A stretch of DNA of 63,201 nucleotides, filler included, from Octopus bimaculoides (taxonomy: Eukaryota), in the NCBI RefSeq assembly GCF_001194135.2. It is 4 parts of 4 records of this genome, joined end to end, with 100 filler letters (N's around TTAATTAATTAA, not from the genome) between each part and the next. Parts side by side here need not be neighbours in the genome. Positions count along the whole stretch, not along the records: positions 34,969 to 44,976 come from NC_068986.1; positions 45,077 to 63,201 come from NC_068983.1; 2 more parts are not named here. One strand, 5' to 3'. Below the pieces are notes generated by a model, which had not been told where the DNA came from, searched no databases, and saw only the letters and a program-made list of their open reading frames with translations. Position numbers and translations under genes: made by a program. The stretch's first letter is position 1, and each line of letters starts with the position of its first letter. Positions 39,811 to 52,969 of this stretch are shown in pieces.

Positions 39811-40407
39811 TACATAGTACATTATCTATCTATATAAAGAGAGACAGACAGATAGACATACAGAGAAAGACAGAGACAGAAAAAGAGAGAGAATGGGTAA
39901 CAAAGAATCTGCATGAAAGCACGCGTATAAAAACGTAACATCTGAAGTACTATTATCTTCATGGAGTACAATAGATATTTGTATTAAAAATGTAAAACTT
40001 TTTAAGTTTCTTAAGAATATATCGAGTCGTCTTCTTCATACATAGCTATAATTTGTATGGAAAGTCTCNNNNNNNNNNNNNNNNNNNNNNNNNNNNNNNN
40101 NNNNNNNNNNNNNNNNNNNNNNNNNNNNNNNNNNNNNNNNNNNNNNNNNNNNNNNNNNNNNNNNNNNNNNNNNNNNNNNNNNNNNNNNNNNNNNNNNNNN
40201 NNNNNNNNNNNNNNNNNNNNNNNNNNNNNNNNNNNNNNNNNNNNNNNNNNNNNNNNNNNNNNNNNNNNNNNNNNNNNNNNNNNNNNNNNNNNNNNNNNNN
40301 NNNNNNNNNNNNNNNNNNNNNNNNNNNNNNNNNNNNNNNNNNNNNNNNNNNNNNNNNNNNNNNNNNNNNNNNNNNNNNNNNNNNNNNNNNNNNNNNNNNN
40401 NNNNNNN

Positions 40408-40456
<49 letters not shown>

Positions 40457-40467
40457 ATAAAAGGATA

Positions 40468-40853
40468 GCTTCAGTCGTCAGTCGATGCCGCCAAAGAAAA
40501 TTATGAGAATAATATTCATCAACTTTATAGCACATCCGATCTAATACACGGAACTTCATCAGGGTGGATACAATTACATAAAATAAAAGAAGAGAGGAGA
40601 AAAGCGGAAAGAACAGGGTCTCGAGATGAGAGAAGAAGGCTTAATAAATTGGAATCATACCATTTTGCAGTTTAAAGTTTGAAGTCTATGAGCAAATGAA
40701 TAAACTAGTTCTCTTTTATTTTATCTATTTGTATCAATTCTGATGAAGCTCCATGTACTAACTAGACCGGATGCGCTATAACGGTGACGAATATTATTCT
40801 CAAAATTTTTCCTTTGACGGCACCGACTGACATTGGCAGCAGAAACGGCTGTA
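40468..40853. mobile_element. Head-to-head diverged inverted pair with hammerhead-like motifs (probable PLE termini)
   Basis: 40468-40595 (minus) aligns with 40706-40850 (plus). Both carry CTGATGAAG and a second CTGACGA-like motif; the plus copy continues GAAAC-GGCT-GTA. Confidence 0.6.
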
Positions 40854-41584
40854 AGCAATGTTCAAGTTTTGTATGAAAAACTATTTAACCGATGGTCGTC
40901 AATTTGTTTGTTGACCAAAAGTTTTCTCCATTTTCTGCTCGTTTTAAATTTGATTCCTGATAAACTCACGCTTATTCTGCTATTACCTGTATCCCATGAG
41001 CATAACATGCCTGCACACCCATACCCAGGGTTAACATATGCAATTTATACCTGTAGTAATAACGGATATTCTTATCCCTTAGATAGTTACTTCAACCACG
41101 AACACTACTTACCTATATATGTATATATATATAAATTATAATTTAAGGTATCTAAGAGATACCACCATGCTTGAAATAGCAGTCAAACTTTGACTCTAAA
41201 ATCATATTAAATGTTCTAACAGTACCAGGAGAAAAAACAAAGAGACAAAATAACTAGCAAAAAATAAAATTAAAATAAAAATTACTGGATAATTCCAGAT
41301 CCCGGATTTCTGGCTCTGCGTAAGAAATGCTCTGCCTTCATCAGTAGAATGCACTCAGATAGCACTGATCTTATCTTTATATANNNNNNNNNNNNNNNNN
41401 NNNNNNNNNNNNNNNNNNNNNNNNNNNNNNNNNNNNNNNNNNNNNNNNNNNNNNNNNNNNNNNNNNNNNNNNNNNNNNNNNNNNNNNNNNNNNNNNNNNN
41501 NNNNNNNNNNNNNNNNNNNNNNNNNNNNNNNNNNNNNNNNNNNNNNNNNNNNNNNTATATATATATATATATAGTTATTCATTT

Positions 41585-41750
41585 ATGTGTGTGTGTGTGT
41601 GTGTGCGCGTGTATCCCCCCGCTATAGCCTGACAATCGAGACTAATGCCCACGTAAACTAGCAGTTCGGCAAAAATCACCGATAGAATAAATATTAGGCA
41701 TGGCCGCAGTCAAATGACTGAAATACGTAAAAGGATAAAAGAATAAATGC
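41585..41750 (+). mobile_element. Family B SINE 3' half
   Basis: GCAGTTCGGCAAAAATCACCGATAGAATAA...CATGGCCGCAGTCAAATGACTGAAA. Confidence 0.7.
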
Positions 41751-42289
41751 ATTAAAATAATATCGAGGTGTTTCGTTTATGTTTGAAGTTGAAGCTTTTT
41801 ATAATTTTTCTCGTGTTAGGGAGAGAATAACAGGATCGAAGTAAATGTTGAATGGCAACACACTTGAGAAACGCCTGAACGCCACAACATCATGTTCGGT
41901 TCTTGCTTGTAATAATCGAAAAGTGCATCTTATGTTCCATGCTTACCTGGAGACTACAACCGGAAATTACTTCACTACACCATCCCAAGACTAAATTAGG
42001 ATAAAGTTATAGGAAACACCAACAGGAAGCGGAAATGCTGTTTACAAGAAAAATACTTTTAATGATAGAACGAAATGCAAAACAAAAAAGAAAACTGAAA
42101 TATAAATAGACGATGAAAGAAATACACACAAAAAACCCCCCAAAAAACACTAGAAGAAAATAAAATGCAAGAAAAAGGTAATCATTGATTTTGAAATTTA
42201 AAAACTTTTTGTTGCTGTTGCTGCTGTTTTTGTAACTGTTTGATTGGCGCCAATGGTATAATTTTTTTCACTTCTCAAATACCCTTTCT

Positions 42290-42489
42290 TTTCCGTCTCT
42301 CATCATCGTCTTTTCTTTTCCTTCTTGCTCATCATCCTCTTCCTCATCCCCACCATCATCATCATCATCTGCAGTACTAAGAAAAATTAAAAGAAAAAGG
42401 AAAACGACAATAATGACGTCATTATCGTCGTCAAAATTATCCCCACTAACATTACTAACACCGTCACCAGCACCACCACCACCAGCAGC

Positions 42490-42520
<31 letters not shown>

Positions 42521-42525
42521 CCACT
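42290..42525. repeat. (CAT)/(CAC)/(CAG) trinucleotide repeats
   Basis: Directly visible. Confidence 0.85.
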
Positions 42526-44976
42526 NNNNNNNNNNNNNNNNNNNNNNNNNNNNNNNNNNNNNNNNNNNNNNNNNNNNNNNNNNNNNNNNNNNNNNNNNNN
42601 NNNNNNNNNNNNNNNNNNNNNNNNNNNNNNNNNNNNNNNNNNNNNNNNNNNNNNNNNNNNNNNNNNNNNNNNNNNNNNNNNNNNNNNNNNNNNNNNNNNN
42701 NNNNNNNNNNNNNNNNNNNNNNNNNNNNNNNNNNNNNNNNNNNNNNNNNNNNNNNNNNNNNNNNNNNNNNNNNNNNNNNNNNNNNNNNNNNNNNNNNNNN
42801 NNNNNNNNNNNNNNNNNNNNNNNNNNNNNNNNNNNNNNNNNNNNNNNNNNNNNNNNNNNNNNNNNNNNNNNNNNNNNNNNNNNNNNNNNNNNNNNNNNNN
42901 NNNNNNNNNNNNNNNNNNNNNNNNNNNNNNNNNNNNNNNNNNNNNNNNNNNNNNNNNNNNNNNNNNNNNNNNNNNNNNNNNNNATATGTATATGTATATA
43001 TTTATGTATATATACGTATATATGTAGAACATGTATGTGTGTATGTATGTATGTATGTATGTATATCTTCCTATATACCTTAGCATTAAATCATTATCTT
43101 TCTTACGCATTGTATTGCCAAAGAGACTGGAACTATCACCTCTCGTTAAATTCCTGTACCACTTTCTCTCTAACTCCTATGCTTAGGCCTCTCTATAACT
43201 TTCACTTTCACTTTGTCCTCTGTATTCACATACACACACTTTTCTCACTCACTCACTCACTCAATAACCCTCTTTCTTTCTCTCTCTCCCTCCCACTCTC
43301 ACTGTGTGTGCGCACGGGTGCTTCGGAATCACTCTATGTCACCATTTAAAAAATTCTTTTCGCCCTACTGTGGCTAGGGACCCAAGTTTTATTTTTGCGT
43401 TCACTTGGTTATATTTGTATCCCTGTGTCTATATTCCCAATCATTCACTATATATTAGTTTCTCTACTTCCTCTCTCTCTCTCTCTAATTATCGCTCTTC
43501 CCTCCTTACTTTTCATTTTTCATTCTTTACTTTTATATTCTTCATCTCTTTTGCTGATTTCTCTTTTTATTTTACCTCCTTTTATTGATTATTTGTTTTC
43601 CGTTCACCGCTTCCTCTCTTGAATTTCTGTTGCATGTCATTATTTTCATCTACATTGGTTCTTTTACAACCCTAATCGCTACACGTGTTCTATCACAAAT
43701 TCCTCCATCATTGGCTGATTGCATGCAAGCAGCACAAGATAGCAGGTATGGAGTCTTGACCACAGAGAGGATACCTAGCTTATGGTGGATGATACATACA
43801 TGATACGAACTACTTAAATACATGCATTCGTATACATACATTACGATACTATCTGTCTTTTAAGTGTGAAGTTGTAGCCAATACAGAATTATGCAGTTCG
43901 TAGAAAGAATAGACCTAACATAAAAATTCATGCAATTAAAATAATGTGGGGTGCATATTCACTCATATGAAAAATACTCGTGGAATTTTCAAATCAAAAT
44001 CCATATGGAAATATTGGTATACGACACCAGAGAAAATGATCTGAAACATTTACGCAATATCTTCGTGGACAACTAAAGAATGAGCAACTGTACATGCAAT
44101 ATGTTTCAAATCTACCCATAGTTTCGTCAGAAGCTGTGTGCTCTCCTGAAACATGTTGCTTATAAACCCACAGATATTTGTGGCTAAAGTAAACGAGATA
44201 GATCTATATACGTATTTAATACATTCTTAACAGCCGTTTCGAACATTTAATTACTGGTGGGTTAACAGTATTTCGTTACTATCACGTATTATGCAACAAA
44301 TCTATAAATTATTTTTCGCTATGAATGTATTTTACAACATATGTAAACATTGCGGCTTCATATACGAATCCCCTAATCATCCCCACATTAAAAAAATTTC
44401 TTTCTAGACACTGGCCCTCCAGCCATAACCAATTCAGCTTTTGTTTTAAAACATAAGTCGGGATAATAATTGAAATTTGACTGCTGCTCTGATTAAAACG
44501 AGCTCCACGTTGGTAACACTGAACGTTCTAACGATTACAATGATGGCGGTGCTGCTAATAATGATGATAGTAGAGGTGGCTACAATTAAAGCTGTTGCCA
44601 TTGGAGGGAGAAGGAGACGAGTAATGGCGTCGATAACGGTGAAATAATTACGCACAGATGTGAGAATGTCAAGTAAACATTAAAATCAATGATCAGTATA
44701 GTGATTACAATCGTGTAACTAATCATAAACATGTAACCAGACACTCTCAGCCGCTTCTATTTATTTCCCCTTCCTCTAATATATTCATATAATACATTCG
44801 CTCAGAAGGACACAAATAGTCTCCCCTTCGTCTTCTTGTTCCCCCCACTCTCCTTCATTTCGGTACCCCTCTCTACTTCTCTTTCACTTTATTCTTTTGC
44901 AGGTCTCTCTCCTGTGCACACACTCATTCACAAATCCACAACATTGTGTGTGTGTAAGTGCATATATATATATATA

Positions 44977-45076
44977 NNNNNNNNNNNNNNNNNNNNNNNN
45001 NNNNNNNNNNNNNNNNNNNNTTAATTAATTAANNNNNNNNNNNNNNNNNNNNNNNNNNNNNNNNNNNNNNNNNNNN
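44977..45076. other. Artificial scaffold-join spacer
   Basis: 44N-TTAATTAATTAA-44N. Confidence 0.9.
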
Positions 45077-45289
45077 TATATATATATATATATATGAATA
45101 TATATGCATGTTTTGTGCATGTACGCGCGACATATACACAGAGAGATCGGTTGGTTTCTGGAAGAGATAAAAGAGGGAATGATAGCAGATGGAATATCGT
45201 TGAAGCGGAATATATTTGTACCTGGGTTGTCCCTAAATTTATGCCAAGGTGGACCATATTTTTTTTTTGTCACAATCTGGTATAACTCT

Positions 45290-45715
45290 TTCAAATTGTC
45301 CCTGTTGGTAGAGTAACTTTATCTCTATTCTCATATTCTCTATTCGCCACAAGCGATGCTTCTGTGCTACTGTTAAACGCAACTTTCGAATCTTCTTTGA
45401 AAAAAATCTAGATGTATACTGATACACTTGCTGCTTCATTGCCAATTTCACTTCGTCTTTGTCATCAAATCTTTGTTCCTCAAGTCTCTCCTTCATTGGT
45501 CTGAACAGGTGAAAATCGAAGGGTACCAGATCCAGATTGTACAGGTGATAATGGACCCAATTTGCAGATTGCCTGATATGTTACCAAAGATATGTGCGAT
45601 CGAGTATTGCCATGGTGAATGTGGGACGTTTCCTGATTCTTGTTCGACCTCTTCCTTTGAATGGCTTATCTAAGCTTCTTGAGTGTAACGGTTCAGTTCG
45701 TTCTTCACAGCACAC
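45290..45715 (-). mobile_element. Mariner transposase C-terminal fragment
   Basis: FGPMKERLEEQRFDDKDEVK...FFSKKIRKL. Confidence 0.7.
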
Positions 45716-45761
45716 CAAAGTCCCATACACACACACACAGACACACACACACAAACGTATT

Positions 45762-45990
45762 AAGGCGGCGAGCTGGCAGAAACGTTAGCACGCCGGGCGA
45801 AATGCTTAGCAGTATTTCGTCTGCCGCTACGTTCTGAGTTCAAATTCCGCCGAGGTTGACTTTGCCTTTCATCCTTTCGGGGTCGATTAAATAAGTACCA
45901 GTTAAGCACTGGGGTCGATATAATCGACTTAATACGTTTGTCTGTCCTTGTTTGTCCCCTCTGTGTGTAGCCCCTTGTGGGTAGTAAAGA
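45762..45990 (+). mobile_element. tRNA-derived SINE family A, CpG-intact
   Basis: A-box-like TGGCAGAAACG and B-box GAGTTCAAATTCC. The central GCCTTTCATCCTTTCGGGGTCGAT resembles the Deu/Nin-type SINE domain (from memory, unverified). Confidence 0.9.
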
Positions 45991-46254
45991 AATAACACAC
46001 AAACGTATGTATGTATGTATGTATGTATGTATGTATACATGCATGTATGCATGTATGTATGTATGCGTGCATGTATGTATGTATGTATGTATGTATGTAT
46101 GCATGCATGTTCGCATGTAGGTATATGTATATAAACAATTATATCGTTCTAGACTCCTATGGAATAAAATCTATTATCTCCAATCTTAAAATAATTGATT
46201 TCAAAGGTTTACTTCTTAAGCTTTTAAATGTACGTGAAGAAAAAAAGAAAAAAA

Positions 46255-46415
46255 AATGACAGAGGTGTTAAAAGCATCACTTCGCAAACGTTCTAGCACT
46301 GCTTCTAACAGTGGAAAACGCGCCTGGACCGATGCATTGCTTCACATGGAGAATACTTTGAAGGCAATAAAAGTGTGAACATGTATAACTAAGTGAATGA
46401 AATATTACAAAATTC
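46255..46415 (+). mobile_element. Mariner 3' end fragment
   Basis: QWKTRLDRCIASHGEYFEG followed by a TIR-like end. Confidence 0.65.
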
Positions 46416-46604
46416 CGGTTTCTTTTGGGTATGTTATGTTTATTAATTTATAATTATGCATTACGTTTATTTTCTTATATGGGTATTTATTCTTGTCTGC
46501 ATGTGTGTATATATATCTATATTTTTTTGATTGTACCTCTCCTTCCTTCCCCCACTTCTCTACCTTCCTACCTTCTACCTCACTCCTTCTGTCTCTCTTT
46601 CTTC

Positions 46605-46641
<37 letters not shown>

Positions 46642-46741
46642 TTGTACACAGAATATTATACACATAGAAATACCCATGTCCCATATTTAAAGATGACGTG
46701 TCTTTTGTCTTTCAGAAATGTTCAATCCATTCATCTTCACA

Positions 46742-46885
46742 TAGCTCAGATCTGGTAGAATCGTTAAAGTATCGTGAAAATACTTGGCGATATTTCTTCC
46801 GGCTCTTTACGTTCTGATTTCAAATCACGCCGAGGTCAACTTTACCCATTAACCCCCCGGGATCGATAAAATAAAGTACCAGTCT

Positions 46886-46890
<5 letters not shown>
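46742..46890 (+). mobile_element. SINE family A, degenerate
   Basis: Similarity to 45762-45990. Confidence 0.75.
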
Positions 46891-46934
<44 letters not shown>

Positions 46935-46935
<1 letters not shown>

Positions 46936-48190
46936 GTGCGGACTGTCATGACATTGAAGGAGTCGGATGTGGCAGAAATACAAGACAATCCGTCAGATGT
47001 CAAGGCTGTAAGAAAATGGAGCGCAGAAAAATAAACTGTTGATATAACATCTTCACTTCAACATCGAGATATAGTGGGAAAAATTCAAAGTGACCAGTTG
47101 AAACCCATTTAAACCATTTTCAACGATGATATAGAGGGAGCCACTGCTACTGGACATGTTAAAGCTAGAGAAGCAGAGAAAAAAGAACTGCATTTGATTG
47201 AAAGCCAACAAGATCAGATGGCCAAGTAGATAGGAGGTTATAGGAAAGCAAGTGGGTTGAAATGAGATCTGGAAGTGGAGCGCATCACAGTTGAGCTTCC
47301 TTCTTTATGCTTCCTATGATATACTGCCATCTCAACACAATCAGCTGAGATGGAAAATAGCGAATGACAACGGATATCGACACAGAAAAGGTGGTACACT
47401 AAAGTATATTCTATCTATCTGTGCAACAGATCTGAAAAGGTATACATGGAAACACAATGAGATCCGAAAAATTCTCCACAGTCCTGCTAAGAAGCAAATG
47501 GAAATGTGACAAGAAACCGCAGAAGAATAGCAATAAACATTTTAACACATTTGTTCGTCAAGGTCAAGACATAAAACAGGAGAAAGCTATGAACGATGAG
47601 AACTGGGTTGAAGTTTGGGAAGTATCAGCTGATAATTTAGGGTGTGAACACTTCCTCTCGGTGTCAACAAGAAAGAAGCCAGGTGTGAAGAACGTAATAT
47701 AATACGCATTGTTGAATTCATTCTTCCACATGAAGGAAATATAGATGCAGCTCAGATTAGAAAAGACGGGCGTTATGAGATGTTACTCGAAGATTGTAAA
47801 GATGCTGGTTGGGGCGCAGTAGACTTTCCTGTAGATGGTGGATAGAGAGGTTTTATTGGAATTAGACTGAGATGGTGGGTGCATTCAAATGGCAAGCAAA
47901 CGCCATCTTGAAAGAGATCCAGACGAAGTTTGAGGGAGCCAGCCATTAGATGTGTCTGAAAAAGAATAATGAAACCTGACTGGAGAGGTGATGATCCTGA
48001 AATGGACTCGAGGTCGAATCCTAGTAAGTCGAGCCAAAAGATAGGGCCTTACATGAGTGAAGGATGGGGCCTGTGCGCTGTAAATCCGTTCAGAGGAAGA
48101 CCCCAAAACGGTGCGCGTTCTCTTCTGATGATCTCTGAAATTTACTGACGTTCGGCAAGCGGAGTTTTCGACTGACTGTACTTGCACTAA
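46935..48190 (+). mobile_element. HERO-like (R2-group, REL endonuclease) non-LTR retrotransposon 3' fragment
   Basis: RKWSAEK...HRDIVG; SFLLYASYDILPS; YTWKHNEI; PHEGNIDAAQIRKDGRY...AGW...GG*RGF, plus 3' UTR. Confidence 0.8.
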
Positions 48191-48210
48191 CCCATATATG
48201 TGTATACATG

Positions 48211-48297
<87 letters not shown>

Positions 48298-48724
48298 AGT
48301 CATAACTGCAAAACAAGATGTAGAAAATATTGCGCGATACCAAAGAAAGAGTGAAATATTAAATTTTGCTTCAAGTGACACGTTACGGATCTTCGATGCG
48401 AAGCAAAATTTTGGAATATTAGAACGATATTTAAATTCTGCAATGTGTACCGGTCGCTAAACAGGCATCTGTTGCTGACTGAACAAAGGTTACCTACAGC
48501 TTTAAAAACGAAAGATAGAGTGACAAACAGACTGTTTGAAAGAACACATGACCCCTAGTAGGGATAATATAGGCATAATCTACGAGTTAGAATTATTACA
48601 ATAATGCGGTATGGTGAAAAAGAAACATGTTTTATGACATAAAAAATAACACTGAAGTGTTATGCTTAGAAGTATAAGCAAATATCTTTTTACATAAAAA
48701 CTATTACATAAGAACATAATCTTT

Positions 48725-48880
48725 TCTAATTTTGGCGCAGGACCGGCAATTTTGAAGGGAATGATGTAGATTGGTACTTATTTTATCGACCCGACAAGAT
48801 AAAAGGTAAAGTCGACCACGGCGGTATTTGAACTCAGAAATAGGAAAAAATAGCACTCAGCATTTTGTCAGCTCATCGCC
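48725..48880 (-). mobile_element. SINE family A
   Basis: GGTACTTATTTTATCGACCC...GGTAAAGTCGACC...TTTGAACTCAGAA. Confidence 0.75.
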
Positions 48881-49401
48881 ATATCAAGAATGGCCGTTGG
48901 ATTATTGGCATCCAAAACGAACTGAATTTCGATCTCATTGCAAATATCTTTCAGCGTTTTGCATGGAGTAAATACTGCAAATGTAGGAATAAAATTACAT
49001 TTTGTTAAACATAGGAATAAACTGTATATTTTAAACTTTTTTTTTCTTTTCTTCTTATATTTTCCCCCTTTGTTTTCAAAGATCCCAAATACATGACGTA
49101 GCACCCTCAAGCACGAGGTGCCTCTGACGACAGTCCATGGTGCCGGTACTTTCAAATGGCGCTGACGTGAACGATGGATTTTACACTTTAAAGTGAAGGA
49201 TTGTTTACAGAGAGGTGATGAGGGTGGGGAGAGAAAAAGAGTAAAGAGATACAGTGAAGGAGAGAGAGAGAGAGAGAGAGAAAGAAAGAAAGAGAATCAA
49301 AATACAGGGAGAGATATTGAACTGATTGCTGAGAGCCTTTCTGTAATTTGCAAATTTCTTATATCACTTCCAGGTGATAATCTGTAGTCTTTATATTAAT
49401 T

Positions 49402-49575
49402 TCAAGGCCTGCAATTTCGGGAAAAGGGGCTAAGTCGATAACATCGACTCCAATGCTCAACTGCTACTTATTTTATCGACTTCGAAAGGATGAAAGGTAA
49501 AATCGACCTCGGTAGTATTTGTACCCTCGTACAGTATTTGAACCCACGAATGTAAAGACGGATGAAATGCTGTTA
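49402..49575 (-). mobile_element. SINE family A
   Basis: CTACTTATTTTATCGACTTCGAAAGGATGAAAGGTAAAATCGACC. Confidence 0.75.
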
Positions 49576-49780
49576 AGCGCGCGGGTGTGTGCTCTCAGTG
49601 TATATGATACAACCCCCCATATTTTTAATATATATTCCTGCCGAGCCAAATCACACTCAAATCACATCTTACCTCTTAAAAATTGGGCACGTTTGATAAT
49701 CTAGTCAATGGTCTAATAAGCAATACCGAAATGCTAACGTCTCGAACGCATCGTAACAAGATTTCTCGATCAGACCTTAC

Positions 49781-49843
<63 letters not shown>

Positions 49844-50120
49844 GTCCAGTTGTCTAGTTGTTGGCTGAAATATTAAATAAAGCCGTATACAGTGTATCTG
49901 TAAATTGGTGGAGTTCGTCTTCAACGGGGAATGTGACGAATGATAAAGGTGTAAGGCAGGACCCGTGAAAAGAATCACTTTACTATAATGCCTATTATTA
50001 AGTATTTCCCTGTCAATTATTCTCAAGCTAAAAAGTTCCACGACTCCTCCTCTTTTCCCTTTTTCATGACCTTTTGTAATCCAGATCTTTACAATTGTCC
50101 CTTTTGATGTTTTGCTCACA

Positions 50121-50166
50121 AATAAAATAAAATAAAATAAAATAAAATAAAATAAAATAAAAAATA
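50121..50166. repeat. (TAAAA)n pentanucleotide repeat
   Basis: Directly visible. Confidence 0.95.
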
Positions 50167-50651
50167 AAGCATGCTGCGAGAAAATATTTCCCTTCTTTTA
50201 TTCATGAAAGTTTTCAAAGAAATCAACCGTTATTTCTTTATTTGTGGTGAATTCTTTTGATAAGTTCGTAACTTGTAACACCGTTACTAAATATATTACA
50301 ATGACTTAAATTAGGTTCTAGCAGAAGTTTTAGTTTCGTCTTCTTAAAGGAAAAAAATGGAGTTAAAATCACACACACTCACACGCACAAGCCATACATA
50401 ACTGCACACACGCACCACACATACTGCACATACACACCGCGCATACTGCACATGCACACACGCACACACATGCACGCACATACCACACCACATACTCTCT
50501 CTCTCTCTCTCTCTCACGCACGCACACACACATACCATGCACACATGCGCTCACATACTACATCACACACACACTCATATGCACACGTATTTTTTAGTTT
50601 TTGTTTTGTTTTTTTCTTGCTGGGAATTTCTCACTATTATTATAATCTCTA

Positions 50652-50935
50652 AAGGCGGCGAGCTGGCAGAATCATTAACACGTCGGGCGAAATGCTTAGT
50701 AGTATTTCGTCTACCGTNNNNNNNNNNGGCGAGCTGGCAGAATCATTAACACGTCGGGCGAAATGCTTAGTAGTATTTCGTCTACCGTTACGTTCTGAGT
50801 TCAAATTCCGCCGAGGTCGACTTTGCCTTTCATGCTTTCGGGGTCGATAAATTAAGTACCAGTTGAACACTGTGGTCGATCTAATTGACTGGCCTCTCCC
50901 CCAAACTTTGAGACCTTGTGCCTATTGTAGAAAGG
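50652..50935 (+). mobile_element. SINE family A (head duplicated across a 10-N gap)
   Basis: GGCGGCGAGCTGGCAGAATC head, B box and central domain. Confidence 0.85.
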
Positions 50936-50959
50936 ATTATTATTGTAATTTCTCCAAGA

Positions 50960-51345
50960 CAAGTGAACTGGATGCCATTTAAAGTGTGCAGGTCAACGCG
51001 AGAAGATTCCAGAAGGCTAATGTTCTGGGGAGACAGAACTGGATATAATGGCTGGTCCAGAGCCAAGGATGCCGGATGCCCCAAGTGTGACGGATAGTGG
51101 AAAGACGATTGGGCTGGGGTCCCTGAGTGGTGGGTGTACAAAACAAGCCAACTCCGAAGAACATTCTATTGCTATTATAACTCCATTAATAATAGCAACA
51201 GAAAAGGCAAAAAGAGGAGACAGAACGATTGCGAGCCAAAAGCTAGAATGTATTCGTTAGAGATTGAATTTAAATTAGTTGAGTGGCCCTTCTTTGGTGT
51301 TGTCCCAGATCCTCGTAGAGTGTCAAAAGCTGTTGGGTGCTGAAA
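50960..51345 (-). mobile_element. Decayed CR1-clade LINE 3' fragment
   Basis: QRRATQLI ... LFCTPTTQG ... FWNLL motifs across frameshifts. Confidence 0.55.
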
Positions 51346-51527
51346 TATTTTCTGGCTCTGGAGTGAATGATTAATGCTTGAGATGAAGTACTTGGTTTTA
51401 AAAAATAAATACTGGGATCCATTTATTCGACTACAACCCTTCAAGGCAGTGCCCTAGCATGGCTGCAATCAAATGACTGAAACAACTAAAAGATAAAGGA
51501 TAACAAATATATTTTCAACTTGTGATT

Positions 51528-51707
51528 AGGCGCAGGAGTGGTTGTGTGGTAAGTAGCTTGCTTACCAACCACATGGCTCCGGGTTCAGTCCCACTGCATG
51601 GCACCTTGGGCAAGTGTCTTCTGCTATAGCCTCGGGCCGACCAAAGCCTTGTGAGTGGATTTGGTAGACGGAAACTGAAAGAAGCCCATCATGTATGTAT
51701 GTGTATG

Positions 51708-51759
<52 letters not shown>

Positions 51760-51955
51760 TCTGTGTTTGTCCCCCCCACCATCGCTTGACAACCGATGCT
51801 GGTGTGTTTACGTCCTCGTAACTTAGCGGTTCGGCAAAAAAATCCCGATAGAATAAGTACTAAGCTTACAAAGAATAAGTCCTGGGGTCGATTTTCTCGA
51901 CTAAAGGCGGTGCTCCAGCATGGCCGCAGTCAAATGACTGAAACAAGTAAAAAAG
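51528..51955 (+). mobile_element. Full-length tRNA-derived SINE family B with internal (TA)/(TG) microsatellite
   Basis: Head GGCGCAGGAGTGGTTGTGTGGTAAG...GGTTCAGTCCC; LINE-like tail GGCGGTGCTCCAGCATGGCCGCAGTCAAATGACTGAAAC. Confidence 0.9.
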
Positions 51956-52087
51956 AGTATAAGTATCTCGTCCACATTCGCCTCTCTCTATTCCTTTTTC
52001 TTCTCTACCATTCGTTACTCTCTTTTCTGTTAATCTATTCAATGATATTGCCAGACATCGTTGATATTATTCTAACCTATGTTTGTC

Positions 52088-52140
52088 TTTCCATTCTATT
52101 CCCTGTCAATTTCCATTCTATTCCCTGTCAATTTCCATTC
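52088..52140. repeat. 22-bp tandem repeat (~2.4 copies)
   Basis: TTTCCATTCTATTCCCTGTCAA repeated. Confidence 0.9.
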
Positions 52141-52336
52141 CAACTTTCTTAAACAACTATCACACATTACTCAACATTTTATTGTTGCTGATTGTTTCAT
52201 TAATCCCAGTAAATCCATCATCGAACAGATTTATTATAAAATACTTTCCAACCGAAGCAATCCGTCTTTCATTATCATTATTAATATTATTATCATTATT
52301 ATTATTATTGTTGTTGTTGTTGTTGTTGTTGTTGTT

Positions 52337-52930
52337 TTACTTCTCAGAACGTTCGGTCTTGTTTCTTCTGTGAGAGTAGGCAGCAGCCTGCTGTCAGAGG
52401 TCTCACAGGGTCTCTTTCCACACATTATAAACTTTGATACTTGATTGTTAATTATCGTGAGAGACATTCAACGTCCAAGTACCAATCACAAAATCCTAGC
52501 TGCCCCCAGCAGAACAGTTTTTGGGGTTTGTTCTGCTCTCAAGTCCATGACAGCTATATTCATCGACTTAGCCCATTTAGTTCTAGCAACTGTATAATGA
52601 CGACCGAATCTGTGCGGCTCACCTGTAGGGCCCCTGCCGAGCGAAAGTCCGTCACCTGTGGTTCCGTCCTCATTTATGCCGTTGTTTGTGTTAATTATAT
52701 TATTCATTACTCTCCTGCAGAGCAAAGTGTTGATAAGGTGTCACAACAGCCAGTATTTTATCAAGACACCATCTCTAGAGGGATTTGTCTAAAAAGACTC
52801 AAAGTGGCCCTTCTCCCCTTACAAGTTTGAGTGGGCTATCCTGCGCTGGACACTAAACCCAACATTAAATGCTCCGCAGCTGGTGCCAGTATTCAGTGCT
52901 CCGCAGATGGTGCCCAGTATTCAGTACTCC
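52337..52930 (-). mobile_element. R4/Dong-like non-LTR 3' fragment(s), decayed
   Basis: ...EQTPKTVLLGAARIL C-terminal motif, 3' UTR and (AAC/AAT)n tail. Confidence 0.6.

Positions 52931-52968
<38 letters not shown>

Positions 52969-52969
<1 letters not shown>

Noticed and set aside
50728-50788. Tandem duplicate of a SINE head (50657-50717)
   Set aside because: Identical across a 10-N gap; an assembly overlap artefact.
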